Source of the DNA: Pseudomonadota bacterium
Lineage (GTDB): Bacteria; Bdellovibrionota_B; Oligoflexia; Oligoflexales; CAIYRB01
Reading direction: 5' to 3'
Assembly (NCBI GenBank): GCA_031416315.1
Contig: JANOTL010000192.1
Span: 1-64,000, forward strand
DNA length: 64,000 nucleotides
Below are positions 21,347 to 30,957 of this stretch, one piece after another. The number at the start of each line of letters is the position of its first letter. Within the stretch, counting starts at the first letter, position 1. The position numbers were made by a program, and so were the translations under genes. The notes beneath the pieces are model-generated. The model was not told the origin of the DNA, did not search any database, and was given only the letters and a program-made list of their open reading frames with translations.

Positions 21347-22981
21347 ATGATCCATCTGACCAACGTCACAAAACGCAGCGGGCAGCGCGTTCTCTACGAG
21401 AATGCGAGCTTCCAAGTGCGTCCGGGCGACCGAATCGGCCTCGTCGGTCCCAACGGGGCCGGGAAGACGACGATCTTTCGGATCATCACGAACGAAGACA
21501 CGAGCGACGGCGGCCACGTCGCCATCGATTCGAACTGCGTCATCGGCTACTTCTCCCAGGACGTCGGCGACATGAGAGGCCGCAGCGCCCTCGAGGAAGT
21601 GAAGGCCGGCGCCGGCCGCACGTCCGAGCTCGCCGTCGTCATCCAAGAAGCGGAGGCGCGCCTCGAGCGCTGCGCCGAAGATCCGCTGACGGACAACGAG
21701 ATGGAAAAGCTGATGGAGCGCTACGGCGAAGCGCAGATGGAGTACCAGCAGCGCGGCGGCTACGACCTCGAGGCGCGCTCCCGCGAAGTGCTCACGGGCT
21801 TGGGCATCGAGCCGCGCGACCACGACTCGCCGGTCGAGCGCTTCAGCGGCGGCTGGAAGATGCGAATTGCACTGGCAAAAATTCTAGTGCTGAACCCCGA
21901 CGTGCTGCTCCTGGACGAGCCGACCAACCACTTGGACATCGAGTCGATCCTTTGGCTCGAGGCGTTCCTCGCTGGCTTCAAGGGCGCCTACGTGATGACC
22001 AGCCACGACCGCGAGTTCATGAACCGCCTCGTGACCCGGATCGTCGAGGTCGCCGATCGCAAGCTGACGACCTACTCGGGCAACTACGAATTCTATCTGC
22101 GCGAGCGGGACATCCGTCGCACGCAAGCGGTCGCCGCCTTCGAGCGTCAGCGCGAGATGCTCTCCAAAGAAGAAGACTTCATCGCCCGCTTCGCCGCACG
22201 TGCCTCGCATGCGGCGCAGGTGCAGTCGCGCGTCAAGAAGATCGACAAGATCGAGCGCCTCGAGATGCCGACCGAGACGAAGACGATCAACTTCGCCTTC
22301 GCCTCGCCGCCGCGCTCCGGCAACGACGTCATCCGCCTGGACAACGTCAGCAAGACCTACGAGCGCGACGACGGCAGCCTGAAAGAGGTGTTTCACGGCG
22401 TCTCCGGGGTCGTGAAGCGGCTCGACAAGATCGCGCTCACTGGCGTCAACGGCGCTGGCAAGAGCACGTTGCTAAAGGCGATCGTCGGCCTGACCGAGTC
22501 GACCACGGGCACGATCACGGTCGGCGCCTCGGTGAAGATCGGCTACTTCGGCCAGAACGCGCTCGATCAGCTCGACCTCAAGCGCACGGTCTTCGACGAA
22601 GTCTCGCTTCGGATTCCCGACGCCTCGGTCGGCTACGTGCGCAACTTGCTCGGCGCCTTCCTCTTCAGCGGCGAGGATGTGGAGAAGCAGATCCGCGTGC
22701 TCTCCGGCGGCGAGCGCGCGCGCGTCGTGCTGGCGATCATGCTCGCGAGCCCCTTGAACCTCCTGGTGCTCGACGAGCCGACGAACCACTTGGACATCGA
22801 ATCCAGGATGGTTCTGCTCAACGCCGTGAAGGACTACGACGGCACCGTGCTCGTCGTTAGCCACGACCGGCACTTTCTGAAGCAGATCGTCACGCGCGTC
22901 TTCGAGATTCGGGCTGGAGAGCTCAGGACTTACGAAGGCGACTACGAGTACTACGTCGAGAAGACGGCCCCCGCCCCTTGA
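21347..22981 (+). CDS. ABC-F family ATPase
   Basis: Two ABC cassettes ([24 protein letters not shown] and GVNGAGKS/LSGGE), linker QVQSRVKKIDK, no TM segments. Confidence 0.93.
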   Translation: MIHLTNVTKRSGQRVLYENASFQVRPGDRIGLVGPNGAGKTTIFRIITNEDTSDGGHVAIDSNCVIGYFSQDVGDMRGRSALEEVKAGAGRTSELAVVIQEAEARLERCAEDPLTDNEMEKLMERYGEAQMEYQQRGGYDLEARSREVLTGLGIEPRDHDSPVERFSGGWKMRIALAKILVLNPDVLLLDEPTNHLDIESILWLEAFLAGFKGAYVMTSHDREFMNRLVTRIVEVADRKLTTYSGNYEFYLRERDIRRTQAVAAFERQREMLSKEEDFIARFAARASHAAQVQSRVKKIDKIERLEMPTETKTINFAFASPPRSGNDVIRLDNVSKTYERDDGSLKEVFHGVSGVVKRLDKIALTGVNGAGKSTLLKAIVGLTESTTGTITVGASVKIGYFGQNALDQLDLKRTVFDEVSLRIPDASVGYVRNLLGAFLFSGEDVEKQIRVLSGGERARVVLAIMLASPLNLLVLDEPTNHLDIESRMVLLNAVKDYDGTVLVVSHDRHFLKQIVTRVFEIRAGELRTYEGDYEYYVEKTAPAP

Positions 22982-23025
22982 CACCCCGCAAGGGGAACAC
23001 AAGTTGTGGGTGGAGGCGCCCAAAC

Positions 23026-23379
23026 ATGGCGTGGATTCGTGCATTCCTTCTTCTTTACGTCGCGCTGAGCGTTCAGCGCGCGTTGGAGGAAGAGCACGGG
23101 TCCAGGACAGCGCGGACGCTTGCCGAGAGTTGCGCGGATTCCGTGTTGACCGCGAGCTCTAACGGCAGCCACCAGGCGCTCGTTCGCCCGGCGACTCCAG
23201 ATGTATTCCACGGCAAGGACACTTGCCAATCCCTCCAGATCTCCTCATTTGTGCCTACCATGCGCGCGCCCGGTCCCACGGACGACAGGGTGCGCGCCTT
23301 CCTTTTCTTTAAGCCCGGAAAGAAGACATACATCACGCAGCTCGGCTCCGGCCGCGGCCCGCCGAGGCTCTTGGTCTAG
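23026..23379 (+). CDS. Candidate secretion-monitoring arrest (leader) peptide with C-terminal RGPP
   Basis: GGAGG SD, N-terminal hydrophobic WIRAFLLLYVALSV, RGPP at 23353-23364 four codons before the stop. Confidence 0.6.
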   Translation: MAWIRAFLLLYVALSVQRALEEEHGSRTARTLAESCADSVLTASSNGSHQALVRPATPDVFHGKDTCQSLQISSFVPTMRAPGPTDDRVRAFLFFKPGKKTYITQLGSGRGPPRLLV

Positions 23380-23409
23380 GTTTCCAACCTAAGAAAAAAC
23401 CAAGGAGTC
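23366..23409 (+). promoter_or_regulatory. SD-sequestering mRNA hairpin
   Basis: TAGGTT 23377-82 pairs AACCTA 23386-91; CTTGGT 23370-75 pairs ACCAAG 23399-404; GGCT 23366-69 pairs AGTC 23406-09. This covers AAGGAG 23402-07. Confidence 0.65.
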
Positions 23410-23414
23410 CGAAG

Positions 23415-23723
23415 ATGATGTCCATGTTGATCGTGGCGGCGAGCCTGCTCGTCGCGTCCGGTGACGTTTTGACCTTGAACCAGTACGATCTGACCACGGA
23501 CGAGGAACGGCGCGAGATCGCGCTCACCCTCACGGAGAGCGACGCGGCGCAGCTCTCGAAACTGTCGATGCGAGCGCCGGATCATAAGCTCGCCATCATC
23601 GTGGATGGCGTGGTGGTGCAGATGCCGACCCTGAAGGGGGGCCCCTTGACGGGACGCGGCGTGTCGCTGACATTCTCAGACGTGACGGCGTTCCGCGCCG
23701 CGAAGGCGGCCTTCCAAAAATAG
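23415..23723 (+). CDS. Small exported protein resembling the SecD/SecDF P1 head subdomain
   Basis: Signal-like N-terminus. IALTLTESDAAQLSKLS..KLAIIVDGVVVQMPTL..LTGRGVSLT resembles SecD 'LAIvLDg.vi.aP.i...I.gG...It'. Confidence 0.6.
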   Translation: MMSMLIVAASLLVASGDVLTLNQYDLTTDEERREIALTLTESDAAQLSKLSMRAPDHKLAIIVDGVVVQMPTLKGGPLTGRGVSLTFSDVTAFRAAKAAFQK

Positions 23724-23748
23724 ACCGCACCATAGACTAGGATCCGGG

Positions 23749-24495
23749 ATGAAACGCGCGAAAGCCCTGAGCGCCATCGAGGACTCCGGCATCCTGCTCG
23801 TGTACCCGATCAAGAACGAGCGGGATCCGGCGTCCCTTTGGTACAAGCTCTACCCGAAGAGTGCGATGAAGTGGGACTGGTCCGCGGACGCCGATCCGCG
23901 GGTCGTCGACCTCTGGCACATGCGGACCGAGCTGTCGGCGAGTCGAGAGGTCGTCTACGCCAAGTGGTACCAGGGGCGCGCGACCTTCTTCTCGCGGCAG
24001 GTCTATACGGCCATGCTCAAAATGGCGCAAACGACCTCACGGGAGATGATCCTGGGGCCGGAGGCGCGGGAGCTCTATGAGCTGCTGCTGGAGGACTCGC
24101 CCCAGACGTCGAAACCGCTCCGGGCCGCTTTGAGCCTCGAGGGAAAGGCTTCTGAGGCCGACTTCAACCGGCGGCTGAAAGCATTGTGGAACGGGCTCTT
24201 CACGGTCGGCTTCGGCGAGATCGAGGACGGCGCCTTTCCGTCCCTGGCGATCGGCGCCACCAAGCTGATCTTCGAAGACCTGTGGCAGGACGCCATGTCG
24301 CTCGACGAAGCGGAGGCGCGCGAGGTATTCGAGACTGTCGCGCCCGCTGGATCGGCGTTCGCAAAGTTCTTTCACAGGACGTTGAAGAAGGCTGGGGTGA
24401 CGGGTGAAGGCTCCGGGCTCGAAAGTGAGACTTTGGTTGTGCCTAAGCGCGCTGCTCGCGGCGCGCGTCGAGGCAGCGTCGTTCCCAGCGGCTGA
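23749..24495 (+). CDS. Hypothetical protein, possibly winged-helix/AlkZ-related
   Basis: LWHMRTEL..VVYAKWYQGRATFFS followed by a helix-turn-helix-like segment. Family call is tentative. Confidence 0.6.
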   Translation: MKRAKALSAIEDSGILLVYPIKNERDPASLWYKLYPKSAMKWDWSADADPRVVDLWHMRTELSASREVVYAKWYQGRATFFSRQVYTAMLKMAQTTSREMILGPEARELYELLLEDSPQTSKPLRAALSLEGKASEADFNRRLKALWNGLFTVGFGEIEDGAFPSLAIGATKLIFEDLWQDAMSLDEAEAREVFETVAPAGSAFAKFFHRTLKKAGVTGEGSGLESETLVVPKRAARGARRGSVVPSG

Positions 24496-25483
24496 GTGGG
24501 AGGACGCACCGGAGGCCTACGCGGCGGCGGAGGCGTACGCCTTCGGCCCCGGCATGAAAACTGACGGTGTCGTGATCATCCGCGCCGGCAAGCTGGCCTA
24601 CGAAAAGTATCGCGCACCTTATACGGCCGATGGGCGGCACGTCGCTTGGTCGATCAGCAAGAGCTTCTTGAACGCGCTCGTCGGCGTCATGGTCGGCGAA
24701 GGCAAGATGGCGCTCACCGATCCGGTCGCGAAGCTCGTGCCGGCGCTCGGTCGCGACGAGGCGCACAAGGCGCTCACCATCGGTCACTTGATGCACATGA
24801 GCTCGGGGCTCGCGTGGCAGGAATCGTACGAGGAATCTCCGCTCAACTCCTCCGTGCTCCGCATGCTTTATGGGGAGGGACAGGCCGACATGGCGGCTTT
24901 CGTCGCCGCCTTCGCGCTGGGCTCGACGCCGGGGACGAAGTGGTCGTATTCGAGCGGCGACAGCAATCTCTTGATGGGCGCGGTGCGCCAGGCAGCGGGC
25001 GAGGCCCGCTACAGGACGCTGCCTTGGACGGCCCTCTTTGATCGGCTCGGGATGCGCAGCGCGGTTTGGGAACGCGACGGGCACGGCGGCTTCGTCGCCT
25101 CGTCGTATGTTCATGCGACGCCGCGGGACTTGGCGCGATTCGGCTACCTATTTCTGCGCGACGGCCTGTGGAACGGGGAGCGGATCCTGCCTGAGGGTTG
25201 GGTCGCCTATTCGCGGACCTTGGCACCCGCGATCAAGGCGACGCCGGCGGAAAAGCAGCGCTACGGCGCGCAGTGGTGGCTGAATTCGGGGGAAGGGGAC
25301 ACCGTGCTCTACTGGCCCGAGGCTCCGGCGGATACGTACGCCGCGATGGGCCACTGGGGGCAGGCGATCTACGTGATCCCATCACTCGACATCGTCGTCG
25401 TGCGCACGGCGGACGATCGCGACGAGTCGTTCTCGACCAGCACTTTCCTTAAACACGTCGCAGCCGCGGTGGTGGGCCGATGA
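24404..25483 (+). CDS. Serine hydrolase, beta-lactamase/AmpC family
   Basis: Signal peptide, WSISKS (SxxK), LMHMSSGL, YSSGD, DLARFG, AMGHWGQ. Confidence 0.9.
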   Translation: MKAPGSKVRLWLCLSALLAARVEAASFPAAEWEDAPEAYAAAEAYAFGPGMKTDGVVIIRAGKLAYEKYRAPYTADGRHVAWSISKSFLNALVGVMVGEGKMALTDPVAKLVPALGRDEAHKALTIGHLMHMSSGLAWQESYEESPLNSSVLRMLYGEGQADMAAFVAAFALGSTPGTKWSYSSGDSNLLMGAVRQAAGEARYRTLPWTALFDRLGMRSAVWERDGHGGFVASSYVHATPRDLARFGYLFLRDGLWNGERILPEGWVAYSRTLAPAIKATPAEKQRYGAQWWLNSGEGDTVLYWPEAPADTYAAMGHWGQAIYVIPSLDIVVVRTADDRDESFSTSTFLKHVAAAVVGR

Positions 25484-25779
25484 AGCGCTTTGCCCTCGGC
25501 ATCCTGATCATCCTTGGGCTCGTGACGCTCGGCATCGCGGCGAACGCGCGCATGCGGGCGATGGTCGCGATCTTTCCGACTTACTACGCCAAAGAGGTCT
25601 GCACTTGCCTCTTCGTGCTGAAGCAGGACGAGGCGTTTTGCAGGGCGTACCACGCGCAGTTCTTGCCGCTCATCGCGCTCGGCGTGGACCGGGAGGCGAT
25701 GCAGGTGCGAGCCTGGGCGCCGATCGCTACGGTTTCGGCGCGCTTGATAGACGAGCGGTTCGGATGCGCGGTCCAATGA
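25480..25779 (+). CDS. Small membrane-anchored Cys-containing protein coupled to the hydrolase
   Basis: ATGA overlap, N-terminal TM, YYAKEVCTCLFV, C-terminal FGC. Confidence 0.7.
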   Translation: MKRFALGILIILGLVTLGIAANARMRAMVAIFPTYYAKEVCTCLFVLKQDEAFCRAYHAQFLPLIALGVDREAMQVRAWAPIATVSARLIDERFGCAVQ

Positions 25780-25801
25780 CCGCGTCACCTCATGGCCGCA
25801 T

Positions 25802-26260
25802 TCACTTGGCGAGCGAGGCGAGGTCGGTCAGCAGCGCCTGCTCGTGACCGGTCGGATTCACTTTTTCGTAGACCTTGCGCACCGTGCCCTCGGGATCGAC
25901 GAGCACGGTCGTGCGATCCCAGTACTGCGTGCCCTTCCATTCGCTCTGGCCAATGCCGAGGGAGCCAAGAAGCACCTTGTCCGGATCCGCCAAAAGGTCG
26001 ATCGAAAACGAGAACTTATTGCAGAAGCTCTTGTGCGAGGCGACGTCGTCTTCACTCAGGCCTAGGACGACGGCGTTCTTTTTGACGAAGTCGGCCTTGG
26101 TCGCCGTGAAGGACTTGCCTTGGACCGTGCATCCTGGCGTGTCGTCTTTCGGATACACGTAAAGAACGACCCATTTCCCGCGCAGATCGTCGCGGGCAAT
26201 CCACTTGCCGTCTTGGTTTTGGAGGCGAAAATCAGGAAGCTTCGTGCCGCTGGCAATCAT
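25802..26260 (-). CDS. bcp: Peroxiredoxin, BCP/PrxQ family
   Basis: YPKDDTPGCT, SHKSFC, LLADPD. Confidence 0.9.
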   Translation of the reverse strand: MIASGTKLPDFRLQNQDGKWIARDDLRGKWVVLYVYPKDDTPGCTVQGKSFTATKADFVKKNAVVLGLSEDDVASHKSFCNKFSFSIDLLADPDKVLLGSLGIGQSEWKGTQYWDRTTVLVDPEGTVRKVYEKVNPTGHEQALLTDLASLAK

Positions 26261-26364
26261 GAGTCTGCTCCTCGTGCTCGAATCTGGGTCGGAACGCAGT
26301 CGTATCACGTTGGTCTGAAACTTGCTTCCTCGCCGTCGATCTACCCGCAGTCGAGGAGACGAGC

Positions 26365-27156
26365 ATGGAATGGCGCGGACGCAGACAGAGTGGCAACTTG
26401 GTCGACCGGCGCGGCGCGAAGACCGCCGGCGTCTTGGGCGGCGGCGGCATCATCATGGCGATCATTTACGCTCTTTTCACGGGCGATCCGTCGGCCATCC
26501 TGAACTCGGGTAGCCGGACGCAGTCCGGACCGGAGACGGCGGAGCAAGCTGCACAACGGGAATATATCGCGGTCGTGCTCGCTGACACTGAAGACGTCTG
26601 GAACGAGCTCTTCAACCGGATGGGCCGCACCTACCAGGAGCCGAAGCTCGTGCTCTTCTCGGGTCGCGTCGACTCCGCATGCGGCATGGCCTCCAGCGCC
26701 GTCGGCCCCTTCTATTGTCCCCGAGACAAGCAGGTCTACATCGACCTCGACTTCTTCGGCGAGCTGCAGGAACGGCTCGGGGCAGAGGGCGACTTCGCGA
26801 CCGCTTACGTCGTCGCGCACGAGATCGGACACCACGTACAAAATCAGTTGGGGCTCTTGCGTAGCGGTGAAGGTAACGCCGCCTCCGTGCGCACCGAGCT
26901 GATGGCGGACTGCTTCGCCGGCGTCTGGGCGCGCCATACGGATCGCACCAAGGGGGTCCTCGAGAAGGGTGACATCGAGGAAGCGCTCGGCGCAGCCTCG
27001 GCCGTCGGTGACGACCGTCTGCAGCGCGAGTCTCAAGGGCATGTTGTCCCGGACTCCTTCACGCACGGCAGCTCGGCCGATCGCATGGCATGGTTCAACA
27101 AGGGGTTCACCGAGGGTGTGCCTTCGGATTGCGATACCTCCGCCATCGCGCACTGA
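26365..27156 (+). CDS. Neutral zinc metallopeptidase, YpfJ-like
   Basis: GPFYCP, YVVAHEIGHHVQ, ELMADC, DSFTHGSS. Confidence 0.92.
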   Translation: MEWRGRRQSGNLVDRRGAKTAGVLGGGGIIMAIIYALFTGDPSAILNSGSRTQSGPETAEQAAQREYIAVVLADTEDVWNELFNRMGRTYQEPKLVLFSGRVDSACGMASSAVGPFYCPRDKQVYIDLDFFGELQERLGAEGDFATAYVVAHEIGHHVQNQLGLLRSGEGNAASVRTELMADCFAGVWARHTDRTKGVLEKGDIEEALGAASAVGDDRLQRESQGHVVPDSFTHGSSADRMAWFNKGFTEGVPSDCDTSAIAH

Positions 27157-27180
27157 GCCGATCGCCGTTACAATCGGCGC

Positions 27181-27936
27181 ATGCAGACCCGCTGGCGCCT
27201 CGATGGTCGGAATGCGCTCGTCACGGGCGCCAGTCGCGGCATTGGGCGCGCCGTCGCGCTCGAGCTGACGAGCCTCGGCGCTACGGTCCTCGCCGTCGCG
27301 CGCGGCGCCACTGAGCTCGAAGCTCTCCGCGAAGCCGGGGGCGCCGCGCACACCGTTGTCGCGGACGTCGCTCAGCCAGAGGGGCGCGCGGCCGTCGCCG
27401 CGTCAATCTCCAAGAATTTCAAATGTTTAGACATCTTAGTGAACAACGTCGGCACCAACGTCCGCCGCCGTGCCGTCGACTATTCGGATGCGGAGATCGC
27501 TTCGATCTTTGCGACCAATCTCGAGAGCTCGTTCGCACTTTGCCGCGCTCTTCACCCGCTGCTGCGAGCCAGAAAGAGTGCCGCGGTCGTCAACGTCTCG
27601 TCCGTTGCCGGCCTCACGGCGCTGCGCTCTGGCGTCCCCTACGCGATGACGAAGGCTGCGATGATCCAGATGACGAAGAATCTCGCCGTCGAATGGGCGG
27701 AGGACGGGATCCGCGTCAACGCGATCGCGCCCTGGTACATCGATACGCCGCTGGCGGCGCCGGTGCTGGGCGACCCCAAGGTCAAGGCCGAGATCCTCGC
27801 GCGCACGCCAATGCGTCGCGTCGGGACACCGGAAGAAGCGGCGGGAGCCGTCGCCTTTTTTTGTTTGGACGCCGCCTCCTACGTCACCGGGCAGTGCCTC
27901 GCCGTCGACGGCGGCTTCACCGTCTACGGCTTCTGA
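27181..27936 (+). CDS. SDR oxidoreductase, tropinone reductase-like
   Basis: [28 protein letters not shown]. Confidence 0.92.
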   Translation: MQTRWRLDGRNALVTGASRGIGRAVALELTSLGATVLAVARGATELEALREAGGAAHTVVADVAQPEGRAAVAASISKNFKCLDILVNNVGTNVRRRAVDYSDAEIASIFATNLESSFALCRALHPLLRARKSAAVVNVSSVAGLTALRSGVPYAMTKAAMIQMTKNLAVEWAEDGIRVNAIAPWYIDTPLAAPVLGDPKVKAEILARTPMRRVGTPEEAAGAVAFFCLDAASYVTGQCLAVDGGFTVYGF

Positions 27937-28616
27937 GCGCCCGTTGCGAGCTCGGCGTCGAGCCGGTCGATCGCCGCTTTCATGCGCGCATGCAGCTCGA
28001 CGGAGCTCTCCATCGTCACCGGGAAGATCGGCTCCAAGGCCTCGGCGACGACGCACCGCGGGCTCTTGTGAATACTCGAAATCGCAATCGGAAGAATCGG
28101 CAGGTTCGTGCCCATCGCGAGATGAAACGGTCCTTTCTTGAACGGCAGGAGCCCCCGCTTGCCTGAGCGCGTTCCTTCGGGCGAGACGATGACGGAAAGG
28201 CCCTCCTCCGTGATGCGCCGGTGCGCCTCGCGCATGGTGGCCACCGCCTTCTCAGGGTTGGCTCGGTCGATGTAGAGATTGCCGGCGCGGGGGAAGACCC
28301 AGCCGAAGATGGGGATCTTGCGCAGGCCCTTTTTGCCGATGACGATCGTCCGGTGCCGCATGACGCAGCCGAGCAAGAAGATGTCCCAGATGTGCTGGTG
28401 ATTGAAGGCATAAATGCACGGCTGGTGCGCGGACAGGCGCTCGACGTTGCGGATCTGGTAGTCGATCCCGAGGATCCGTAAGGCCGTGGGGCAAACGCGG
28501 CGCGCGTAAAACGGCATGAGCTCATAGCGATTGCGCGAAAAGAGCGCGAGGGCCGCCATGGCGAGCATACCGCCGGAAAACCAGAAGAATAGGACGAACA
28601 GTCTTAGGATGATCAC
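27924..28616 (-). CDS. plsC: 1-acyl-sn-glycerol-3-phosphate acyltransferase
   Basis: NHQHIWD, YIDR, PEGTRS, PFKKG. Confidence 0.88.
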   Translation of the reverse strand: MIILRLFVLFFWFSGGMLAMAALALFSRNRYELMPFYARRVCPTALRILGIDYQIRNVERLSAHQPCIYAFNHQHIWDIFLLGCVMRHRTIVIGKKGLRKIPIFGWVFPRAGNLYIDRANPEKAVATMREAHRRITEEGLSVIVSPEGTRSGKRGLLPFKKGPFHLAMGTNLPILPIAISSIHKSPRCVVAEALEPIFPVTMESSVELHARMKAAIDRLDAELATGAQKP

Positions 28617-28682
28617 GAAGTCGAGCTTACCAGACGCTCCACACCGGTCCTCCTAACTCGCCTTGCGCAAAGTACCCCCACC

Positions 28683-29117
28683 TCAGCAAGCCTCGGTGCA
28701 GCGGCTCGTCGGCTTGATGGCGAGCGCATGGCGGTGACCGTCGACCACGTCCGTGAAGATCTCAATCGCCTGGCCTTCCTGCAGCTTCAGGAAGCTCTCG
28801 CCCGTAATCGTGAACTTGTGCTGGCGGCTGTGGCCGTGCCAGAAGTCGTACGTCTTTTCGGCGCCTGCCAAGATGTCGCCTGCCGTGATGCACGGCATCG
28901 AGGAGTCGGTGCCGTCGGAGCGGCTAGGGCTTCGCGTCTCCGCCGGTCCGAGTCCTTGGTAGTACGCGAACGACTGAATGCTCTGCGGATCCTCCTTGCC
29001 GCGAATCTGCGAGCGCCCGCTCGCGTCGCGCTCGTCAGAGCATCCTGCCAAGCTCACGACCGCGAATCCGACGAACGGTGTCGCGCACAAACGCGCCACG
29101 AAGCGACGACGATGCAT
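28683..29117 (-). CDS. Putative Tat-exported lipoprotein with His clusters
   Basis: MHRRRFV, LAGC lipobox, HGHSRQH and GHRH. Confidence 0.7.
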   Translation of the reverse strand: MHRRRFVARLCATPFVGFAVVSLAGCSDERDASGRSQIRGKEDPQSIQSFAYYQGLGPAETRSPSRSDGTDSSMPCITAGDILAGAEKTYDFWHGHSRQHKFTITGESFLKLQEGQAIEIFTDVVDGHRHALAIKPTSRCTEAC

Positions 29118-29218
29118 GTTACCCCCCCAAGCCTGCTTTCCTGCTGTTATCCCGATTGTACCAAGCCCCAAGCCCCCGACACCACTCAAGTCCCACCGAG
29201 TGGCTCCGAAGAGGGGGC

Positions 29219-29716
29219 ATGCACTGGAAATCACAAAGCTCTGCTGACGGTACCGTGGTCCTGAGTGGCGCGCTCGACGAGCATGCCGAACCCGCCTTCT
29301 TCGACATGGAGCAAGCTCTGCCTGCGGGGAAAGCCTTGGTGCTCGACCTAGCGCGCATCTCGCAAGTGAACGCGAGCGGGCACGCGATCTGGGTGAAGGC
29401 CTTCCAGCGCCTTGCCGGAAAGCGGGAGGTCGAGCTGCATCGCTGCTCCACCGCTTTCATCCGCTTCGCCAACCTCCTCGGCGCCAGTAACGGATACCTC
29501 GACGTGATCACGTCGTTGAGCGTGGCATTTGAGTGCAAGGACTGTCACCACGAGTTCGAGCAGACGGAACGCCGTATGCACCTCGTACAGACGACAAAAG
29601 CCGTGGATGCGAGCTGTCCGCAGTGCGGCGCCGATGCGACGGCCGGCGACGCGATGCAAGACGTGCTGACCTTTTGCGAGACGATCCGCAAGCAGGGTGC
29701 GCGCAGGGGAGCTTGA
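29219..29716 (+). CDS. STAS-like domain protein with C-terminal Zn ribbon
   Basis: VLSGALDEHA, LVLDLARISQVNASG, CKDC..CPQC. Confidence 0.7.
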   Translation: MHWKSQSSADGTVVLSGALDEHAEPAFFDMEQALPAGKALVLDLARISQVNASGHAIWVKAFQRLAGKREVELHRCSTAFIRFANLLGASNGYLDVITSLSVAFECKDCHHEFEQTERRMHLVQTTKAVDASCPQCGADATAGDAMQDVLTFCETIRKQGARRGA

Positions 29717-29826
29717 ATGCCTTTCTTCGAGCACGGCGGGGCCGACGCGGCTCATGGCGTCACTTTACAGTTGCCCGAGCGCATAAATGACTTGATCGCC
29801 GGCCATGTTCGAGCGATTGAAGGGGC

Positions 29827-30198
29827 ATGAGCGAGATCAAGCTGGAAGAGAGTTGGAAGGCCGTCCTGGGCGGCGAGTTCACGAAGCCGCACATGCAGGA
29901 GCTGAAGCAGTTTCTGCGCCAGGAATATGGCGCGGGGCGCGTCATCTACCCAAAGGGCAACGAATACTTCGCCGCGATGGATCTGACGCCGTTCGACGAA
30001 GCGGCATGGGAGAAGGTCTTGGCCGAGGTGAACTTCTTCGGCGACGAGGGCGGGCTCTCGGGCGTCGACATGACGGGCTACGAAACGTACGCCTACGTCC
30101 ACAGCGTCGAGAGCTACTCGGGAGCCAAGGCGTACTACCTCGACGCCTCGAAACGCTACGTCCTGGTTGCGTCGTTCTCGATTTCCGCCGCGGAGTAA
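29827..30198 (+). pseudogene. ung: 5' fragment of family-1 uracil-DNA glycosylase fused to unrelated sequence
   Basis: LEESWKAVLGGEF..LKQFL..IYP..YFAAMDLTPFD is the Ung N-terminus. VKVVILGQDPYH and all catalytic motifs are absent. Confidence 0.8.
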
Positions 30199-30201
30199 GC
30201 C

Positions 30202-30957
30202 TCAGGCGCTCGTCGGCATCGTCATGATCAGCGGCTTTCCGCGCGTGATCACCATCGTGTGCTCGAACTGCGCGGAGACGTACTTGGGGCGGGTGTAGAG
30301 CGTCCAGCCGTCGTCGCCTTCGCTGACGCGCGTCGCGCCGGTCGACAGGAACGGCTCGATGGTGATGACCATCCCGGCCTTCAGAACGCGCTTGTCGCGC
30401 GGGTCGAAGTACGAGGCGATGAACTCCGGCTCTTCGTGCAGGGCCCGGCCGACGCCGTGACTGCCGATGTTCCGGATGATGCTCATCTTGTGCTTGGCGG
30501 CGACGAGCTCGATGGCCTTGCCGATGGCGTTGATCGGCCGGTCCGCGCGGGCTTCGGCCATGGCGGCCTTTAGCGCGGCGCGCGTCGCGTCGCAGACTCG
30601 CTTCTTATCGGCGCTCACGGGCGGCACGATGAAGGAGCCGCCGGTGTCGCCGAAGTAGCCCTTGAGCTCGGCGGAGACGTCGATGTTGACGATGTCGCCG
30701 GCCTTGATCTTCTTCTCGCTCGGAATGCCGTGTGCGACCTCGTGATTGACGCTGATGCAGGTCGTGCCGGGAAATCCGTAGGTAAGGATGGGCGCCGAAC
30801 GGGCGCCGCGTTCTTCCAGGAATTCGGCGGCGAGCTCGTCGAGGTCCAAGGTCGTCATGCCGACCTCGAGATTTTTTCCCATGAACTGCAGGCAATCGGC
30901 GACGATGCCGCCGATCTTGCGCAAGGCTACCAGGTCTTCTTCGGTCTCGACGGTCAT
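30202..30957 (-). CDS. map: Methionine aminopeptidase type I
   Basis: CISVNHEVAHGIP, GDIVNIDVS, GDTG, HGVGRALHEEP, TIEPF, AQFEHT. Confidence 0.95.
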   Translation of the reverse strand: MTVETEEDLVALRKIGGIVADCLQFMGKNLEVGMTTLDLDELAAEFLEERGARSAPILTYGFPGTTCISVNHEVAHGIPSEKKIKAGDIVNIDVSAELKGYFGDTGGSFIVPPVSADKKRVCDATRAALKAAMAEARADRPINAIGKAIELVAAKHKMSIIRNIGSHGVGRALHEEPEFIASYFDPRDKRVLKAGMVITIEPFLSTGATRVSEGDDGWTLYTRPKYVSAQFEHTMVITRGKPLIMTMPTSA

